From NCBI GenBank assembly GCA_012839865.1, contig DUMO01000045.1, positions 44,355-64,354 of the forward strand: 20,000 nt of DNA, given 5' to 3'. Below are positions 17,186 through 20,000 of the stretch, piece by piece. The DNA is from Clostridiaceae bacterium (GTDB taxonomy: Bacteria > Bacillota > Clostridia > CAYPLH01 > DUMO01). The notes under the pieces are model-generated. The model searched no databases. It was not told where the DNA came from and saw only the letters and a list, made by a program, of their open reading frames with translations. The translations under genes and the position numbers were made by a program. Each line of letters begins with the position of its first letter. The stretch's first letter is position 1.

Positions 17186-17560
17186 TTAATTCTTCGATTC
17201 AAACTGTCCTATTGTGTACTCAATAACCGGCTTGCCGTTTACTATGTGTTCAGCAACAATACGTCTTACTTTTTCAGATGTCAACTTGACATAAGTAAAT
17301 CTCTTACCGTTTGTATCAATAATTTCAGCCATGGGTTCCAGTCTGCAAACACCCATGCAACCAGTCATGGTAACAACAACATTATCTATGTTTCTCTTTT
17401 TCAGTTCTTCCATAAAAGCATTCATAACAGGTCTTGCACCTGCTGCTATTCCGCATGTTGCCATTCCGACAACAACTCTCATACCGTCTTTATTTTTTCT
17501 CAAATTTATCTGTTCCTGAGCCTTATTTCTTATGGCTTCAAGTTCAGCCAGTGATTTCAT
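17186..17560 (-). CDS. hydD: Thioredoxin-like [2Fe-2S] ferredoxin, hydrogenase delta subunit
   Basis: 'VGMATCGIAAGA' and 'TGCMGVCRLEP', positioned between the HATPase gene and hydB. Confidence 0.85.
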   Translation of the reverse strand: MKSLAELEAIRNKAQEQINLRKNKDGMRVVVGMATCGIAAGARPVMNAFMEELKKRNIDNVVVTMTGCMGVCRLEPMAEIIDTNGKRFTYVKLTSEKVRRIVAEHIVNGKPVIEYTIGQFESKN

Positions 17561-18107
17561 TCAAAACACCTCCAAACATTTTGTTAACATTTTCATTTAC
17601 GAACTCCTTGATCCAGGTTATTACCTCGTAATTATCCAGCGGCACATCACCCAGCTGTCTCTTTACTTCAAAGGAATTAAACACGAATTTTTCTTCTCCG
17701 GCGGTAATAACCAGTTCAATCTCAACCTCAGGTGTCATCATTACTAGGCATGAAACTGTTTCACCTACATCTCCAAGGGGTGGGCGGTCTATATTGTCTA
17801 TAGCAAAGGTTGCCAGTATTTCTGTTCCCTTCCCTTTTTCGGACTTTATGTGCATCATTCCGCCTGATCTTTCGCAAGATGCCTTGAACAACGGTATGCC
17901 AAGCCCCACCTTTCGGGTATTTCGGCTTGTGAAAAACGGATCTGTAATCATATGAAGTATATCTTTTTCAATCCCTTTTCCATTATCCTTTATCAATATT
18001 TCAAGCTTTCCACCGTTGTCAGCCTTAAGGCTTATCTCCACCCTGGACGCTTCAGCTGCCAGGGAATTTTGCACTATATCCAGAAGATGCAGAGAAATAT
18101 CTTTCAT
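17544..18107 (-). CDS. Stand-alone histidine-kinase-like ATPase (HATPase_c)
   Basis: N box 'LDIVQNS', G1 'DNGKG', F box 'DPFFTS', G2 'GLGIP' and 'GKGT'. No sensor or HisKA domain. Confidence 0.88.
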   Translation of the reverse strand: MKDISLHLLDIVQNSLAAEASRVEISLKADNGGKLEILIKDNGKGIEKDILHMITDPFFTSRNTRKVGLGIPLFKASCERSGGMMHIKSEKGKGTEILATFAIDNIDRPPLGDVGETVSCLVMMTPEVEIELVITAGEEKFVFNSFEVKRQLGDVPLDNYEVITWIKEFVNENVNKMFGGVLNEITG

Positions 18108-18110
18108 ATG

Positions 18111-18608
18111 TTATTTGTCCTTATACTTGTTTATAATATCCTCAACATCATCCACTGTCAGCCTGCCGTATACATCCTCATTTATCATTACAACAGGTGC
18201 CAATCCGCAAGCGCCTACGCACCTGCATGCTTCAAGAGAAAATTTTCCGTCCCCGGTAACTTCACCTACGTTGATTCCGAGTTTCTCTTTCAGTTTGTCT
18301 AGTATCTGTCCGGAACCTTTAACATAGCATGCAGTTCCAAGGCAAACCTGGATTTTGTACTTTCCCTTCGGTTGCAATGAAAACTGTGTGTAAAAAGTAA
18401 TTACACCATAGATTTCAGTCAGCGGAACATTAAGTCCCTCAGAAATTTTCTTCTGTACCTCCATAGGCAAATAGCCAAACAGTTCCTGTGCCTCATGCAA
18501 AACCGGAATGAGAGCGCCTTTTTCATTGCGGTGTTTGTTAATAATTTCATCCAGTTTGTCCATTCTCTCGTCCTTCATTGTTGCACAACAGCAGCATTTT
18601 TCACTCAT
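18111..18608 (-). CDS. hydC: NuoE-like [2Fe-2S] gamma subunit
   Basis: 'LIPVLHEAQELFGYLP', 'TFYTQF', 'CLGTACYVKG' and 'CVGACGLAP'. Confidence 0.93.
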   Translation of the reverse strand: MSEKCCCCATMKDERMDKLDEIINKHRNEKGALIPVLHEAQELFGYLPMEVQKKISEGLNVPLTEIYGVITFYTQFSLQPKGKYKIQVCLGTACYVKGSGQILDKLKEKLGINVGEVTGDGKFSLEACRCVGACGLAPVVMINEDVYGRLTVDDVEDIINKYKDK

Positions 18609-18653
18609 TCAGATCACCCCTAATCCAAATTTATTACTACCTATTTTGATGCT

Positions 18654-18713
18654 TTGTTAACAACTTAACGTTTAACGTTAATATTATAACGATGTCTGTT
18701 AATATTGTAACAA
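18654..18713. promoter_or_regulatory. Three Rex-like operator boxes at 21-bp spacing
   Basis: TTGTTAA-CAAC-TTAACGT (18654), ACGTTAA-TATT-ATAACGA (18675) and CTGTTAA-TATT-GTAACAA (18696), compared with the clostridial Rex consensus TTGTTAA-N4-TTAACAA. Confidence 0.7.
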
Positions 18714-18723
18714 TTACAATGTC

Positions 18724-18752
18724 ATTATAACAGATAGGAATACAAAATTCAA
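18724..18752 (-). promoter_or_regulatory. Internal sigma-A promoter for hydC-hydA
   Basis: TTGAAT-17 bp-TATAAT with an extended TGn -10 on the minus strand. Confidence 0.65.
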
Positions 18753-18926
18753 TAGCATTTAGATAAAATATTATGTACTTGAAAATTTAGAATCCCTTGA
18801 AATATAAGCGTTTGAAGGAACAGGATGCGTTTATTGTATACAAAAAAATTTTAACAAATTATTTAAATTTTTTTTGCTAAATTGCACTATTGGGAATCTC
18901 ATTCCTTTAAAAATATTTTTAGCTAA

Positions 18927-19640
18927 TCACAATTCCAGCATTCTTTTGATTATATTTTTTGCATCATTTCTGACAACCGTAAGATAAGTTTCCCTTTCAA
19001 GCATATCTCCCAGTTCATGGGCATCTGAACTTTTTATAAATTTGTAATTTACAAGACCGGGATTGGAAGACACAAATTCATTCAAAGAGGTGAAGCGTGA
19101 CAGCTCAAGCCATTTAAATCCCAAACCCTCAGGTATCGCACCGAGATTTGACAAAACACTGTAAGAGGATCTGTCAACATGAGCAGGAATAACGATACCA
19201 CCAAGTTTCCCAACATGAAATACCGCGTTCTCAACACTAAGTCCTGAAGCTGTAAGAAGCAGCTGGTTGTTAATGCCGGTTATGTTGTCCCATTCATCCA
19301 TAATAATCTGCCTTCCAAAAACATCTTCCCTGTTTTCAATGTCGGGAAGCCTGGAACGTACAATTTCATTAAATTCCATGCAGGATTGATATTCAGGAAA
19401 AAGACATATAAGATGCACCTCTTCTGCTGTCTCAAGTTCCATTCCCGGAATTACTGTTATTCCAAGTTTTTCCCCGCATTTCATTATAGAGGCGCAGTTT
19501 TCAGAGGAGTTGTGATCGGTGATGGCAACAGCATCAAGACCTTTAAGCCTTGCCATATTTATTATATTATTTGGCGTCATATCTTCTGATGCACAGGGTG
19601 ACAATGCACTGTGTATATGAAGGTCAACGGCAATTTTCAT
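18927..19640 (-). CDS. PHP-domain phosphoesterase
   Basis: 'DLHIHS', 'AITDHN', 'AHVDR' and 'SSDAH' metal-binding motifs. Confidence 0.9.
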   Translation of the reverse strand: MKIAVDLHIHSALSPCASEDMTPNNIINMARLKGLDAVAITDHNSSENCASIMKCGEKLGITVIPGMELETAEEVHLICLFPEYQSCMEFNEIVRSRLPDIENREDVFGRQIIMDEWDNITGINNQLLLTASGLSVENAVFHVGKLGGIVIPAHVDRSSYSVLSNLGAIPEGLGFKWLELSRFTSLNEFVSSNPGLVNYKFIKSSDAHELGDMLERETYLTVVRNDAKNIIKRMLEL

Positions 19641-19642
19641 GT

Positions 19643-19975
19643 CTATAACTCCAAATCATGCATGCGGCATGCTATTTTGTAGGCACTTAAATCTGTGCCA
19701 AGTATCGGAACATCCACCTCCATGGCTTTTTCCAGTGTATTTTTTTCAGGTTCAAGGGACTCTGCAAGGATTATGCATGAGAGCTCATTAAGGGCGGCAA
19801 CAGCTACCGTATTGATATGGGTGTGTATTGTAATCCAGACATCTCCCTTGTCGGTGCTGGACATTACACTGCTTAAGAGGTCACCGATATATACACTGTT
19901 TACTGCCTTATCCAATCCTGCTTCCTTTGTAAATATTTTTAACCCAAGTTTCTCCGCAAGTTCGCGAACTGTCAT
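19643..19975 (-). CDS. DRTGG-domain protein
   Basis: 'YIGDLLSSVM', 'DVWITIHTHINTVAVA' and 'PILGT'. GGGGGG RBS. Typical neighbour of clostridial hyd operons. Confidence 0.82.
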   Translation of the reverse strand: MTVRELAEKLGLKIFTKEAGLDKAVNSVYIGDLLSSVMSSTDKGDVWITIHTHINTVAVAALNELSCIILAESLEPEKNTLEKAMEVDVPILGTDLSAYKIACRMHDLEL

Positions 19976-20000
19976 ATATATTCCCCCCTGGCAGAATATC

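Noticed and set aside
403..17747. Numerous short ORFs in the track that overlap or run antisense to long genes (e.g. 13574-14071, 12449-13066, 1623-2114, 4754-5272)
   Set aside because: They are shadow frames of well-supported genes, with no RBS or recognisable motifs.
18835..18890. Additional Rex half-sites (TTAACAA, TTGCTAA)
   Set aside because: No properly spaced partner half-site; expected by chance in very AT-rich DNA.
19972..20000. Possible 3' end of an upstream gene overlapping the DRTGG start (ATGA)
   Set aside because: Only about 25 nt are visible, so neither frame nor identity can be supported.

Overview
AT-rich Firmicutes (Clostridia-like) chromosomal window with no intact mobile element, rRNA, tRNA or CRISPR array. 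Left to right: the 3' end of an MMPL/RND transporter plus a secreted heptad-repeat (YhgE/Pip-like) partner; an AviRa-like 23S rRNA methyltransferase; a secreted helical protein; an Mrp/ApbC Fe-S carrier; a GH130 mannoside phosphorylase; and an atypical stand-alone purC. A patchy accessory stretch follows (ABC-F remnant, AraC regulator with a divergent TIM-barrel sugar enzyme, CbrA-like flavoprotein, hypothetical protein, truncated HEPN, KDPG aldolase). The last 6.4 kb, on the minus strand, is an electron-bifurcating [FeFe]-hydrogenase locus: DRTGG, PHP, hydC, HATPase, hydD, hydB, hydA. Most worth a second look: the kinase-like/phosphoesterase/DRTGG module embedded in the hydrogenase locus, three Rex-like boxes at exact 21-bp spacing, the intact AviRa homologue, an Mrp whose CPxC motif has become CPxN, and several unannotated gene remnants. 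Family calls rest on recalled motifs, not database searches. I cannot claim a definitively new system.
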